Below are positions 1-10,500 of a stretch of DNA of 64,000 bases, piece after piece (the stretch's first letter is position 1; each line of letters opens with the position of its first letter). A model generated the notes under the pieces. That model did no database searches. It saw only the letters and a list, made by a program, of their open reading frames with translations, and was not told the origin of the DNA. The position numbers and the translations under genes were made by a program. Source of the stretch: an uncultured Pseudohongiella sp. (GTDB taxonomy: Bacteria; Pseudomonadota; Gammaproteobacteria; Pseudomonadales; Pseudohongiellaceae); assembly GCA_965115845.1 (NCBI GenBank), contig OZ220475.1, forward strand, positions 1,496,368-1,560,367, given 5' to 3'.

Positions 1-478
1 ACGGCGCCGCCATCGGATGGGTCTTGCCCGCCGCCGTCACCTGCCGTTCTTCCATCGCTTCGAGCAGCGCCGACTGGGTTTTCGGCGGCGTCCGGTTGAT
101 TTCGTCCGCGAGCAGGATATTGGTGAAAATCGGTCCGGGGACGAATTTCAGGCTGCGGCGGCCCTCGGCCTCTTCCACCACTTCGGAACCGACCACGTCC
201 GCGGGCATCAGATCCGGAGTGAACTGGATGCGGCTGAAATCGACCTGCAGGATATCGGCCACGGTCTTGATCAATAGCGTCTTCGCCAGGCCCGGCACCC
301 CCGTGACCAGACAATGTCCGCCGGCGAACAGGGCGATCAGCAATTCATCGACGATTTCATGTTGTCCGATGATCACCTTGCGGATTTCCTCCGTAATCTG
401 TTTCCTGCCCTCCTGCATGCGTTTGACCAGGCTCAGATCGTCCTGACTTTCCATTGCCGCCGCTGCTGCTTCTGACAT
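1..478 (-). CDS. MoxR-family AAA+ ATPase, N-terminal part (C-terminus beyond window start)
   Basis: Reverse-strand translation from the ATG at 478 gives [67 protein letters not shown] (Walker A), then [33 protein letters not shown] lies upstream. The ORF is open at the window edge, so it is missing from the ORF track. Confidence 0.85.
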   Translation of the reverse strand, partial: MSEAAAAAMESQDDLSLVKRMQEGRKQITEEIRKVIIGQHEIVDELLIALFAGGHCLVTGVPGLAKTLLIKTVADILQVDFSRIQFTPDLMPADVVGSEVVEEAEGRRSLKFVPGPIFTNILLADEINRTPPKTQSALLEAMEERQVTAAGKTHPMAAP

Positions 479-585
479 GCCTCTGTTTCCCGTTATTGGG
501 GGAAATCAACGGATTTCCCGAATTGATGAAGACAGGATATTCGCCTGCCCAGGTATTCTCCGAACCATATTGCCCATGAAATTGT

Positions 586-625
586 CCATGCGCCGCAGAA
601 AAGCTCTGATAAATCAGAGCTTTCC
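586..625. repeat. Solo fragment (module D hairpin) of the modular intergenic repeat family; likely terminator-like stem-loop
   Basis: catgcgccgcagaaAAGCTCTGAtaaaTCAGAGCTTtcc matches the catgcgccgcagGGAAGCTCTGActtgaTCAGAGCTTCC end of the full-length copies. It sits just past the stop of the 625-1506 gene. Confidence 0.6.
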
Positions 626-1506
626 TAATGGCTGAAAGCGTAGATCAGGAAGTTTATGCCGATCTTGTAAGCCTCGTTCGTATAGCGGGTCGGATAGTCG
701 GCGTAAAACGTGTGCTCCCAGCCGTCGCCGAGATCCGTATTGTAATTGGCCAGCATCATGATGCGGCCGTCGTCGTCGAGCACCGCGTAGACTTCCGGCG
801 GATAGTCGGGGTCGTCGAGGCTCATGTAGCCGCCGAAGTCCCAGGTCACCATGCGTCCGGGCACTTGGGCCACTTCGTCTATATCGAAGAATATATGGAA
901 AATCTCGTGGCTCGTGTCCAGTTTGACGATCTCCCGTTCGGGAAAGATCTTGCCGATTTCCATATACATGTCGTCCAGATGCGGCTGTCCCCAGAAATCG
1001 TCGACCATGACGAAGCCGCCCCGGAACATGAACTCGCGCAGGATCTCTATTTCCTCGGCCGTGAAATTCGGCCCGCTATGGCTCGAACCGATCGGCACCC
1101 GCTTCCAGTTCATGTAGAGAAAGATATGCTCGAAGATGCGCGGGTCGGTCAATTGCAGATACGTATGATTGCGGGGATTGGTGTCGATATTGGTGTAGCG
1201 CTGCACCCCGCGCAGGAAATTCTCGTCGGAATCGGGATAGTCCGTATCCCACCAGCCGCCGCGACGGCGCCAGGAAAGGCCCGCCCCGCCATGATTGGCG
1301 TATTGGCCGCGCACCCAGGTGAACTCGGTAATTTCGTCGCCGTAGATGGAGAGGTCTTCCGGGTCGGCGGCGCGCGGCGACTGGGCGCCGGCAGGCGCCG
1401 GCGCGGACAATATCAGATATAGCGAAGCGGCGAGCAAGGCGGCGCGGCGCGCCCGGCCCGCGCCGCCGCAAGGGCCGTCAATTCTCGTCACTGGCGGAGT
1501 TTCCAT
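625..1506 (-). CDS. DUF4159-like protein (secreted), member of the MoxR/VWA operon
   Basis: ORF 625-1653. Start moved to the internal Met (METPPVTRIDGP...), followed by the signal-like LLAASLYLILSAPAPAGAQS. The conserved body FLYMNWKRVP...FMFRGGFVMVDDFWG...YNTDLGDGWEH is recalled as DUF4159. It overlaps the upstream gene's stop. Confidence 0.7.
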   Translation of the reverse strand: METPPVTRIDGPCGGAGRARRAALLAASLYLILSAPAPAGAQSPRAADPEDLSIYGDEITEFTWVRGQYANHGGAGLSWRRRGGWWDTDYPDSDENFLRGVQRYTNIDTNPRNHTYLQLTDPRIFEHIFLYMNWKRVPIGSSHSGPNFTAEEIEILREFMFRGGFVMVDDFWGQPHLDDMYMEIGKIFPEREIVKLDTSHEIFHIFFDIDEVAQVPGRMVTWDFGGYMSLDDPDYPPEVYAVLDDDGRIMMLANYNTDLGDGWEHTFYADYPTRYTNEAYKIGINFLIYAFSH

Positions 1507-4183
1507 CCAGCGACCGCAGCAGGATCTGTTGCGCGCGCAAGTAGCTCGGCGCGGTTTCCAGCGCCCGCAGGACCTGCTGTTTCGCCTCGGCGGGCCGACC
1601 GTCGCGCATATAGGCTTCGGCCAGGCTGGTCCTGGCCGCCACGGGATCGGCAACCTCGAGTTCCAGCAGGATCTCGTATTCGGTCGCGGCCAGCGCGGAA
1701 TCCCCGGTCATGTCCGCCAGCCGGGCGCGCAAGGCGTGAACATCGCTTTCGTACGGATCCACTTGCAGCGCGCGATCGATATAGTATCCGGCGCGTTCGA
1801 AATTCGCCTGCTCCAGCGCGGCCTCGGCCAGGGTCAGCGCGGATCGGTCGTCGTGCTGCTGATTGTCGAGCAGAATCTCCAGCCATCGGTGCTGCTGCGC
1901 CCGGTCGCCTTCGCGTTCGTATATCTGGGACATCACCAGCGCCGGACTCGGATAACCCGAATAGCTCGGCAGCAGTTCGTGGGCGGCCTCGAGCGCCGCC
2001 CTGGCTTCGACAAAGTTCTCTTCCTTGAACAGCACGATGCCGAGTTGCAATTGCGCCATGAAATCGCGCGGATTCTGCTCCAGCCGCGTACGCATGTACT
2101 GTTTCAGCGAATCATTGTTGTACAGCTCGGAAAGCACCGCGCTGGAATTCTCGCGGATGCCGTGACCATGGCCTTCGCCTTCGTCGGGCAAGTCTTCCTG
2201 ATGCGCATGGACATCGATCTCCGCCACGCGCTGCTCGATCCAGTCGCGGAAACCGGCGTCGAATTGATCGGGCGACAGGTCGAAGACTGCGCGAAAACGC
2301 TCGCTGTCCTCCTTGATCAGGCCGTATTGCAGCACGAGTTCGCGCAATTTCCCGAAGCCGTAAGTCTGCTCGATATAGTCCACCACCAGGTAGGACTGGA
2401 AATAGGCGAAGCCGAGGTCGGCATTGCTGCGCGCCCCGCTGAAGGCCGCGTTCAGTTCCGATACCGGCAGATACTTGTCCTCCTGGGCCGCGCGCACGAG
2501 GTCGAGCCCCTGCCGGCGCCCCCAATAGGGCCGCCCTTCCTGTTCTTCCCAGACCGAAATGCCTTCCGACAGCCAGCGCGGGATGCGATTGCCCGTCATC
2601 TGCAAGGTGATGACGTGAGAGAATTCGTGCCAGACGATTTCCTGCCAGTTGGCGCTCAAGGTGTCGGGCGAGATCAAGGTCACCACCTTGCCGAAGCAAA
2701 TGCCCACCAGCGGACCGATATCCGGCAGGCCCACCGAGCGCACGGCAAAATCGCGAGTATCTTCGAATACTTCGATCAGCACCGGATATTCCGGTTCGAA
2801 GTCCCATTTGGCCGTCAGGGAATCCCAGGCTTCCTCGAGCAGGGCCTCGAGATAGGGCCAGAGGATTTCCGCGTCGCGCGGCGACATGCGCGCGAGGAAA
2901 TGTTCGCTTTCCAGCGCGGCGTATTCTTCCAGCGTGTCGAACACGGTCAACAGATTCGAAGACAACACGTTGAAGGGATCGTTCTCGAAGCCGATTTCGA
3001 GATTGGCCCGGCCTTCCTCCTCTGCGCCGAGACGAATCAGATTGCTGCCGAGCAAGGTATAGCCGCGCCAATATCGCGGGTCGGCCCCGATCGCGGCGCG
3101 GGCGTATTCCACGGCTTCGGCGAAGCGGTAATTGCCGCCGAAATGCTCCGCGATATCCGCCAGGAAAACCGGATTGGCGGGACTGAAGGCTTCCACTTGC
3201 GCGGCATGCGCTGCGTAATCCGCCATGCGCTCTTCCATCGCCGCCTGCGAGGCCATGGCGCTGAGCACGCCAAGCGCTTCCGGATTCAGACCGAGCGCGC
3301 GGGAAAAATGGGCGGCGGCTTCCTGTTCTCGGCCGCTGCCTTGCAGGATGCGCCCATAGACTTCCATCGCCGGCACCGAATTCGGATTGACGGCCAGGGC
3401 GCGCTGCAAGGCGCGCTCGTCGCCGGTGATCCGCGCCATGCCGACTAGGGCCGGCACATGGCGGTCATTGATCTCCAGCGCATCCCGATACGATTGTTCC
3501 GCCTCGCCTTCGTTGAATTTTTCCAGGAAAAGATCGCCCCACAGCACATGGGCTTCGAGATTTTGCGGATCGGCCCGGACCGCTTCCTGAAACAGGCTGT
3601 TGGCGTCGTGGAAACGGTCGAGCATCCAGCTCGCCAATGCCGCCATGGCGATGTCCGGCGAGGCGAACACCAGGCCGGCATCATAACGGTCGACCACCTC
3701 TTCAAGCAGCGCAAGGCTTTCCGCCTTGCGGCCGACGAATTGCAACAGGCCGGCGTATTGCGTCAGCGCGCGCGCCGGGGCGCCCTGGACGCCGAGACCG
3801 TCGACGACCGATTGCAGAATCGACAGCGCCTCGGCCGAGGCGCCGGTCATGCGCCTGACTTCGGCCAACTGGGTGCTGACCAGCGGAAAAGCGGCATGGT
3901 CGTCGCCGATCAATTGCTCGCAAACGCGGATCGCCTCGCGATAATTGCCCATGCCGGCGAGGGCCCGGCTGGCGCCGATCACGCCCGCGTTGCGGTCGAG
4001 CCCGTCGGTCTGCAGGAATATCTCGGCGGCGGCCGCATAAGCGCCGGTCCGCAGCAATTGCTCGCCGCGATAGAGCGGCGAATCGTTCGCGGAATCGGGT
4101 TCGTCGAACTGGGCGAACGCGGCGCCGGCCGGCAGCATCAGCGTCGCGACCAGCAAGATGGTTCGCGCCGGGAATTTGTTCAT
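1478..4183 (-). CDS. TPR-repeat protein with HExxH (peptidase MA-like) metalloprotease domain, signal peptide
   Basis: ORF 1478-4252. Likely start MNKFPARTILLVATLMLPAGAAFAQ at 4183, which forms an ATGA overlap with the upstream stop. Has WHEFSHVITLQ...SEGISVWEE (HExxH plus a downstream Glu) and TPR-like repeats at both ends. Confidence 0.7.
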   Translation of the reverse strand: MNKFPARTILLVATLMLPAGAAFAQFDEPDSANDSPLYRGEQLLRTGAYAAAAEIFLQTDGLDRNAGVIGASRALAGMGNYREAIRVCEQLIGDDHAAFPLVSTQLAEVRRMTGASAEALSILQSVVDGLGVQGAPARALTQYAGLLQFVGRKAESLALLEEVVDRYDAGLVFASPDIAMAALASWMLDRFHDANSLFQEAVRADPQNLEAHVLWGDLFLEKFNEGEAEQSYRDALEINDRHVPALVGMARITGDERALQRALAVNPNSVPAMEVYGRILQGSGREQEAAAHFSRALGLNPEALGVLSAMASQAAMEERMADYAAHAAQVEAFSPANPVFLADIAEHFGGNYRFAEAVEYARAAIGADPRYWRGYTLLGSNLIRLGAEEEGRANLEIGFENDPFNVLSSNLLTVFDTLEEYAALESEHFLARMSPRDAEILWPYLEALLEEAWDSLTAKWDFEPEYPVLIEVFEDTRDFAVRSVGLPDIGPLVGICFGKVVTLISPDTLSANWQEIVWHEFSHVITLQMTGNRIPRWLSEGISVWEEQEGRPYWGRRQGLDLVRAAQEDKYLPVSELNAAFSGARSNADLGFAYFQSYLVVDYIEQTYGFGKLRELVLQYGLIKEDSERFRAVFDLSPDQFDAGFRDWIEQRVAEIDVHAHQEDLPDEGEGHGHGIRENSSAVLSELYNNDSLKQYMRTRLEQNPRDFMAQLQLGIVLFKEENFVEARAALEAAHELLPSYSGYPSPALVMSQIYEREGDRAQQHRWLEILLDNQQHDDRSALTLAEAALEQANFERAGYYIDRALQVDPYESDVHALRARLADMTGDSALAATEYEILLELEVADPVAARTSLAEAYMRDGRPAEAKQQVLRALETAPSYLRAQQILLRSLDGNSASDEN

Positions 4184-5283
4184 GGGACCAACTCGTTGAA
4201 TCTGGCGGTAGCGCGCGCCAACTCCACCAGCAGCTGTTCCAGCCGGCGCCAATAATCCTGCTCCAGGAATTCGGTCTTGCGGCCGCGCAAGATAAAAACC
4301 GAACGCTCCAGTTGCTGCATGCGGGTTTTCAGCGCCAGCGCCTCGCCGCCCAGGTTTTCGCTTTCCGCCGCGACGGCGTCGAGATAGGCGATTTCCGCCA
4401 GTTTTCCGTCCGGGTCGTCCGGACCGGGGCCGAGGCTGAACACCGAATCGCCGTTATCGTCGAGTCCGGCGTGTTCCGAGGCGAGCCTGCCTTGCGCCTC
4501 GTACCATTGCTCGACATTGGCCCTGGCGTAATTGAAGGCTTCCAGCATGGACACCCGGTTGTTCCGGTCGAGGTCGCCGGCGCGGCCGTCGAGCGCTTCG
4601 ATGAAATAACGGGAAAATATCGGGTCGTATCTTTCCGAAGGCGACCGCGTGGCCGAGATCACCACCCGTCCTTCGCCGGACAGGAAAGTTGAAAAACCAT
4701 AGCTGGCGCTGGTGGTGTTGATCACGACCATGTCCTGGCGCCCGAACGGGTCGAGCAGTTCGCGAAATTCCGCGCCGGTGATGTCGGGGCCGACGATGTT
4801 GAATTTCGCCTCCTCGCCCGCGCCCGAGCCGTGGCCGATCAGATATACGGTGATCTGGTCGCCCGCCTCCGCCCGCGCGAGCAAGGCCGCGAAGGCCGCT
4901 TCGATGCCCTCGCGGTCGCTGACGCCGTCGACCCGGTCGCCGGGATTGGGGCCGGCCTCGTCCGGGTCGCGCAACAGCGTGATCTCGTCGCTGGAATAAC
5001 CGTAGTCGCGCACCAGGACATCGTGCAGGGAATAGCCCCATTGCCGAAACCGGGAGATGTTTTCCTCGCCCACCGAGGGCCCCACCACGATCACCGCGTA
5101 TTTGGCGGAATCCGGCGACTCGAGAAAGAAATCGCTTTCCAACGGCAGTTGCGCCCATGCGGGCCGCGCCGCCAGGATCCCCAGCAACAAGGCCGCCGCG
5201 GGCAATCGCGCCCATGCGAATCGGGCCGCCGCGGGCAATCGCGGCGGCGCGGCGCTCGCCGGCGATGTCCGCCGCAAGCTCAT
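4180..5283 (-). CDS. Peptidase C13 (legumain/caspase-fold)-like secreted protein
   Basis: ORF 4180-5715. The Arg-rich N-terminal extension is implausible, so the start is moved to MSLRRTSPASAAPPRLPAAARFAWARLPAAALLLGILAARPAWAQ at 5283 (ATGA overlap with the upstream stop). ITVYLIGHGSG and INTTSASYGF resemble C13-type His/Cys blocks; the family is assigned from memory. Confidence 0.55.
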   Translation of the reverse strand: MSLRRTSPASAAPPRLPAAARFAWARLPAAALLLGILAARPAWAQLPLESDFFLESPDSAKYAVIVVGPSVGEENISRFRQWGYSLHDVLVRDYGYSSDEITLLRDPDEAGPNPGDRVDGVSDREGIEAAFAALLARAEAGDQITVYLIGHGSGAGEEAKFNIVGPDITGAEFRELLDPFGRQDMVVINTTSASYGFSTFLSGEGRVVISATRSPSERYDPIFSRYFIEALDGRAGDLDRNNRVSMLEAFNYARANVEQWYEAQGRLASEHAGLDDNGDSVFSLGPGPDDPDGKLAEIAYLDAVAAESENLGGEALALKTRMQQLERSVFILRGRKTEFLEQDYWRRLEQLLVELARATARFNELVP

Positions 5284-7571
5284 GACAGGCCCCGCAGGCG
5301 GCGCGTCGCCCAGTCCAGGCACAACAGGCCGATGATCAAGGCGAGCAGCCACGGCTCGTTCCACAACTCGACCTGCGTTTCCCTGGAATAGGCGTTGGGG
5401 GTGAATTCGATCGCTTCGGGCAATCCGCCGACATCCTCGAGATCGAAATAGCTGCCGCCGGACGCCGCCGCCATGCGCTCGAGCAGGCCGCGGTCGAGGC
5501 CGGCGTTGTTGTATTCGCGCAAGGAAGGCGTGACGACGACCGCGGCCTGTTGTTCGGCGCCTTCCTCGCCGGCGGCGCTGGCGACATCGACCAGCAGGTC
5601 GAATACGCCCTCCTGGTCGGCGACGAAAGCGGCGCGATAGACGCCGTCTTCCTCGATATCCCATTCCATCGGCGCATCGGCGACCTCGTCGAGCGGATTG
5701 GTCGTCTGCAGCCACAGGCTGGCGTCGTTATCGGGCTCGTAGCGTTCATCGAGCACCCGCGCGGTCACCCGCACCTCGTCGCCGATATTGTAGAACTCGC
5801 GGTCGAATTCGAGCGTTACCCGGTTCGGCGCCGCGCCTGCGAGCCAGCGCAGCATCTGGCGCCAGAGAGTTTCATGGGACTGGTCTTCCGAGCGCATCAT
5901 CATCTGCCAGCGCCAGGTGCTCGCCGTGGTCAGCGCAATCACCCGGCCGCTGCCGTAACGCTGGGAGACGATTACGGGCAGGGGCTGATTCTGATATTGC
6001 AGCGCAGGGTGCTCCAGCAGCACCTCGGCGCCCGGCTTGATGCGGCCGGTGACGTAGACCCCTTGCAGATCCGGCAATTGCGACCAGGCGAACAGATTGT
6101 CGGAATCCTCGCCGGCGAGCCGCAGCAAAGGCGAGAACTCTCCGCCTCGCGTCAGGCGCGGCCGGAAAAGCCGGCCCGCGGGATGGTCGCCGCGGCGGAT
6201 GCCGCCGCGCAGGCGGGCCGGCAGGAAATCCTCCTCGACCAGGGTAACCGGCAGGATATCGACCAGGGGCGTGCCGATAAACTCCTCGTCGACCATGCCG
6301 CTCTTGAGCAGGCCGCCGCCGCGTTCGGCGACGAATTCCCCGATCATCCGCAACTGGTCGTCATTGAAGAATTCCTGTTCGATATCGCCGAGGATGATCG
6401 CTTCGTATTCGTAAAGCTGTTCCTTGCCGCGGGGGAAGCCCTCGGCGAGTTCGGTGGGCGACTTGATGCCCTGGCGATAATATTTTTCGGGGCCGGTCTG
6501 CAAATAGGTCGCCAGCCGCAGGGACTCGTCGTCTTCGAGGGCGCGCCTGATGAATTTGTATTCGTTGCGCGGATGTCCTTCGAGATAGAGTATGTCGAGC
6601 GGCGGCTTGTCGGTATTGTCCACCAGGAAACTGTAGCTGTTGTTCTGCTCGATGATTTCTCCGGGCTGCACCGCCACCTTCAGCTCGTATACGATGCGTT
6701 CGGCGCGGTCCGGCTCGACGTCCAGGCTGACTCGCCGGGATACGCCCTCGGCGCCCAGCACGAGGACATCGCTGCTGACTACGGCATCGCCGTCCATGAC
6801 CGAAAGCTCCACTTCCCGGCCGGCGAAGCCCTGGTGGCGCAAGGCCGCCGTCACGGCGAATACCGAGCCTTCCAGCACGGTGCGGGCGGCGCCGACGTCG
6901 ACGATGCCGATATCGAGCGGAATATCCTCCTGTCCCACTCCCACGGCAAACACCGGAATCCGCCGATTGCCGAATTCCTGCGCCGCGATCAACGGGTCCG
7001 CGCCGCTGTTGTCGGCGCCGTCGCTGACCAGCACCACGCCGCCGAGCGGCAGGCCTTCCAGTTGGTCCGCGACCGCTTCCAGCGCCTGGCCGATGGCGGA
7101 ACCGGCGCCGGAAGCGCCGAATTCGCCGCCGGCGCCGACGCGCCTCGTGTCCTGATCGAAAGCGAATATCCGCAACTGGAAGGATTCGGCGAGTTGTTCC
7201 ATCTCGGCGCTTTCGAGCAACTCCGCCGTCGCCGCCTCGAGCCGGTCGCGACCGCCGACGTCAGCGATGGTCATGCTCCGGGAATTGTCGACCAGCACCG
7301 CAAGATAGGTGTCCTGGGGCGAAACCTGCTGGATATTCGCCACCGGCCGCAACAGGCAAAAAAGGATCAACAGCAGCGCGGCCGAACGCAGGCCGACGAA
7401 CCAGGCCTTCCAGCCCGGCGAGACGGGCCGCGTGGTGCGGAAATAGCTCAGCCAGACAGCGGCGACGAGCAGCAGCGCGAACAGTCCGAAGAGTTCGGGG
7501 CCGACGCCGTGGGCAAAGCCCAGCGTGCCTTGTCGCAGGGCGGAAAGAAGAGTGGGCTCGGTTGCTTGCAT
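5280..7571 (-). CDS. Membrane protein with VWA domain and ThuA/GATase1-like C-terminal domain (BatA-like)
   Basis: 763-aa ORF. Two N-terminal TM helices, a MIDAS-like LAVLVDNSRSMT motif, then LDILYLEGHPRNEYKFIRRAL...YEAIILGDI, typical of the GATase1-like domain in these operons. Confidence 0.7.
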   Translation of the reverse strand: MQATEPTLLSALRQGTLGFAHGVGPELFGLFALLLVAAVWLSYFRTTRPVSPGWKAWFVGLRSAALLLILFCLLRPVANIQQVSPQDTYLAVLVDNSRSMTIADVGGRDRLEAATAELLESAEMEQLAESFQLRIFAFDQDTRRVGAGGEFGASGAGSAIGQALEAVADQLEGLPLGGVVLVSDGADNSGADPLIAAQEFGNRRIPVFAVGVGQEDIPLDIGIVDVGAARTVLEGSVFAVTAALRHQGFAGREVELSVMDGDAVVSSDVLVLGAEGVSRRVSLDVEPDRAERIVYELKVAVQPGEIIEQNNSYSFLVDNTDKPPLDILYLEGHPRNEYKFIRRALEDDESLRLATYLQTGPEKYYRQGIKSPTELAEGFPRGKEQLYEYEAIILGDIEQEFFNDDQLRMIGEFVAERGGGLLKSGMVDEEFIGTPLVDILPVTLVEEDFLPARLRGGIRRGDHPAGRLFRPRLTRGGEFSPLLRLAGEDSDNLFAWSQLPDLQGVYVTGRIKPGAEVLLEHPALQYQNQPLPVIVSQRYGSGRVIALTTASTWRWQMMMRSEDQSHETLWRQMLRWLAGAAPNRVTLEFDREFYNIGDEVRVTARVLDERYEPDNDASLWLQTTNPLDEVADAPMEWDIEEDGVYRAAFVADQEGVFDLLVDVASAAGEEGAEQQAAVVVTPSLREYNNAGLDRGLLERMAAASGGSYFDLEDVGGLPEAIEFTPNAYSRETQVELWNEPWLLALIIGLLCLDWATRRLRGLS

Positions 7572-7573
7572 GC

Positions 7574-10500
7574 TCAGCGCGCCGGATCGTCCGCAACCTG
7601 CTGTTCCGACAACACGCGATAGTATTCCTGCACCAGATCGCGATATTCGTCGGGGATGTCTTCCTCGACGGTCGCGTACAACCTCTCGTTGATCTGCTCG
7701 AGTTCGGCCTGGGCGCGCAGCGCGCCTTCAAGTTCGATCACCGGTTGCAGCAAGGCCCTGAGCAACTCGGGCTGGCCGAGAAAGTCCTCGATATCCCGGC
7801 GGGCAATCTGCCGGGCGACCGAACGCGCGTCGCCCCAGGGCAGATTGCCGCCGTCGGCGCGGATTTCTCCGCCCGGGCCATAACGGTCGGCGCCGGGCCG
7901 GGCCGGGCCGCCCCGGGCGTTGCCGCCTTGCCGGGCCTGCTGTTGCAGTTGTTGATCGATCTGTTGCGCCAATTGCCGGGACTGTTGCAACTGTTCGCGC
8001 AATTCTCCCACCGACGGCATGCCCGCCGCCGGCTGATCGCCGTTCTCGCCGAGGGCCAGGATCTGTTGTTCGAGGTCTTCCAGTTGTTCGCGCAGTTCCT
8101 GCGCATTGCTCGCGGCCTGGCGCAGGGAATCGCCGCCGGCGCGCTCCGGGTCGAGCGCGGCCAGACTGCGGGCGAGACCTTCCAGCTGGTCTTCGATGGC
8201 CTGTTCGATATCGGCCGCGAGATTGACCATGCCGTTGCGCAGGATGCGGCTGCTGGTCTGCATTTCTTCCCGGATGGGCCGCAACTCGCGGGTCGCCTCC
8301 TGGGCCTGGGACAACAGGCGCTGGTCTTCGTTGCCGCCGCGGGCGATCACGGCGCGCAACATGTCCTCGATTTGCTCGAGATCCTGCTGTTGCCGCTGCT
8401 GACCCTCGATCAGTTCTCGCAATTCCGCGTCGTCGCGCACCGCCTGACGGGTCTGGCCGAGTCCCAGTTCGCGACTCGCCTCCGCCATGGCTTCGCGCAA
8501 TTCGCGTTGCCGATCAAGCAATTCCCGGCCGCGCTGGCCGAGATTGCGCGCCAACTGGTTGACCGAACGATCGGCCTGCTCGCCGAGGCGGCGCTGCTGG
8601 CGCCGCAGGTTCTCGAGCGCTTTCTGGCTGCGGGCGGCCGCCAGCGAAGGCGAATCGCTCCCGGCGGCTTCCTGCATCTGGCTCGCCGCCTGCTGCAAGG
8701 CCGAAGTCTCCGCGGCGGCGCCGCCCGCGGCCGGCGAATTCTGCTCTTGCCGGGCGTCGGAACGCTGCTGGCCGCGGGACATCTGTTGCGCCAGTTGCCG
8801 CGCTTCCCGGCTCAATTGTTCCTGTTGCCGCATCAATCGCTCCAGTTCCCGCCGTTTCTGTTCTTCGGTCAACTGTTCGGCCCGACGGGCAAGGTTGCGC
8901 TGGGCGCGGGTCAGGCCCTCCTGGCGCCGGGCCAATTCTTCGAGCTTGTCCGCTTCTTCCTGCTGTCTCGCGTTGCGGCCGCGGCTGTTCGGATTTTCGT
9001 AGCGGTTCTCGAGTTGCCCCAATTCCATTTCGAACAGTTCGCGCAGATTCTCGCGTTCCTGTCTCGCCGCCGCGCCGCCTCCGCCGCCGCCCTGCTGCAT
9101 GCTGATCTCGGTGCGGTTGATGCTCGCCTCGGCCTTGAGCAGGTATTGCAATGCCGCCTGCTCGGGCTGCAAGGCGCTGATGACCTGCAGGAGGTCGAGC
9201 TCGCCGGCGGCCAGATTCATCTGTTCGATCGCCAGCGAAAGGTTCGCCACCGCCTGATCGTAGGAATCGTCGGAGAAATTGAGCCGTTCCGAGAGCCGGT
9301 CGATCGACATGCGCGCCCTGCCGACAGCTTCCTGTTGCGATTCGGCGATGATTTCGGCGTCCGCGGCGAATTCCTCCGGAGTCGCCCGGCCTTGCCGGTT
9401 CTTCAATTTCCAGGTGGCGGCGATGATGTCTTTCTGGATCGTCACGAGCGCGCTGCTGTCGCCGCCCTGGCCGCCTCCGCCGCCTCCGCCTCCGCCGCCG
9501 CCCTGACCGCGGCGGAACTCCTGATCAGTGGGGATCACCTGCAAGAAATAGATATCGGAGACGATCTCGCTGGGGCCGTCGAGACCGTTGTTGTCGGCCA
9601 GGGTCAGGTAGTAGCTGACGAAATCCCCCGGCTCGACCCCGAGTTCCTCGAGATAGATCAATTGTTTCCCGGAGACATCGCGCGCGCGTTCCCGCGGCAG
9701 GAAATCGACCGCGACCTCGTCCCCCCCCGCCACGCTGTAATTGAGGTCGAAGCGCGTCAGGCCGTAATCGTCGCTGGCGTCGACCTCGAGCATCACTTCT
9801 TCCAGCGGCATGACGTCCTGGTCGCGGCCGGGCCGGCGCAACGCGAGTTCCGGCGGCTGGTCGGCGATGGCCCGGATGTAATAGTCGAGCGGCTCGAGGC
9901 TGGCGAGTCCGGAATGATCGGTGGCCCGGACGCGATAGACGGCGTCCCGGTCGATCGCGAGCGCCGCGGTTCCGATATTGCCGGCGATGGTCAGCGGCAG
10001 GTCGGGCATCGGCTCGCCTTCCACGGCCGCGTCGAATTCGAGGCGCGCTTCCGCGACCGGCTTGTTGAAGGTCACGCTGAGTTCGACCGCGGTGCCCGCG
10101 GGCGCGATCAGGTCGCCGCCGTCTTCCTCAAGCAGGTCTTCCATTCCGGTGTAGTCCGGATAATCGAACGCGACATCGATCTGTTCGACTTGCGGCAGGT
10201 CGTAGACGCTGATGCGGAATTGCCGCGAATTGCGCGCCTCGTCCTGGTTGAACGCGACGTAATAGATCGTGTCTTCGCGCAGGCTCGGGATGAAATAGCT
10301 GAAAGAGGCGCTGTCGCTGCCGCGGCCGTCCCGCCGCATGGGCAAGTCGCGCCAGTTGACGTTGTCGTCCTGCAAGCGCAAGGTGAGCGCTTCCGGCCTC
10401 GCGCCTTCGACTCGCGCCGTCACGGCGAGGCCGTCGCCGCGCTGTACTGTCGCGTCTCCCGGCTCGATGAATATCTCGATATTCGGCGGCGGTTCGCCGA

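Noticed and set aside
1346-3448. Long plus-strand ORF (700 aa) opposite the TPR/peptidase gene. Similar long antisense ORFs: 7562-11140, 12193-14256, 15279-17318, 17631-20567, 23464-25755, 31163-33484, 40088-41929, 44022-45236, 47199-48956, 54735-56192 and 60227-61864.
   Set aside because: They are shadow frames of GC-rich genes. Their products are Arg/Ala/Gly/His-rich and low in Lys/Ile/Phe, with no recognisable motifs. The opposite strand in each case encodes a clearly recognisable conserved protein with GC3 bias.
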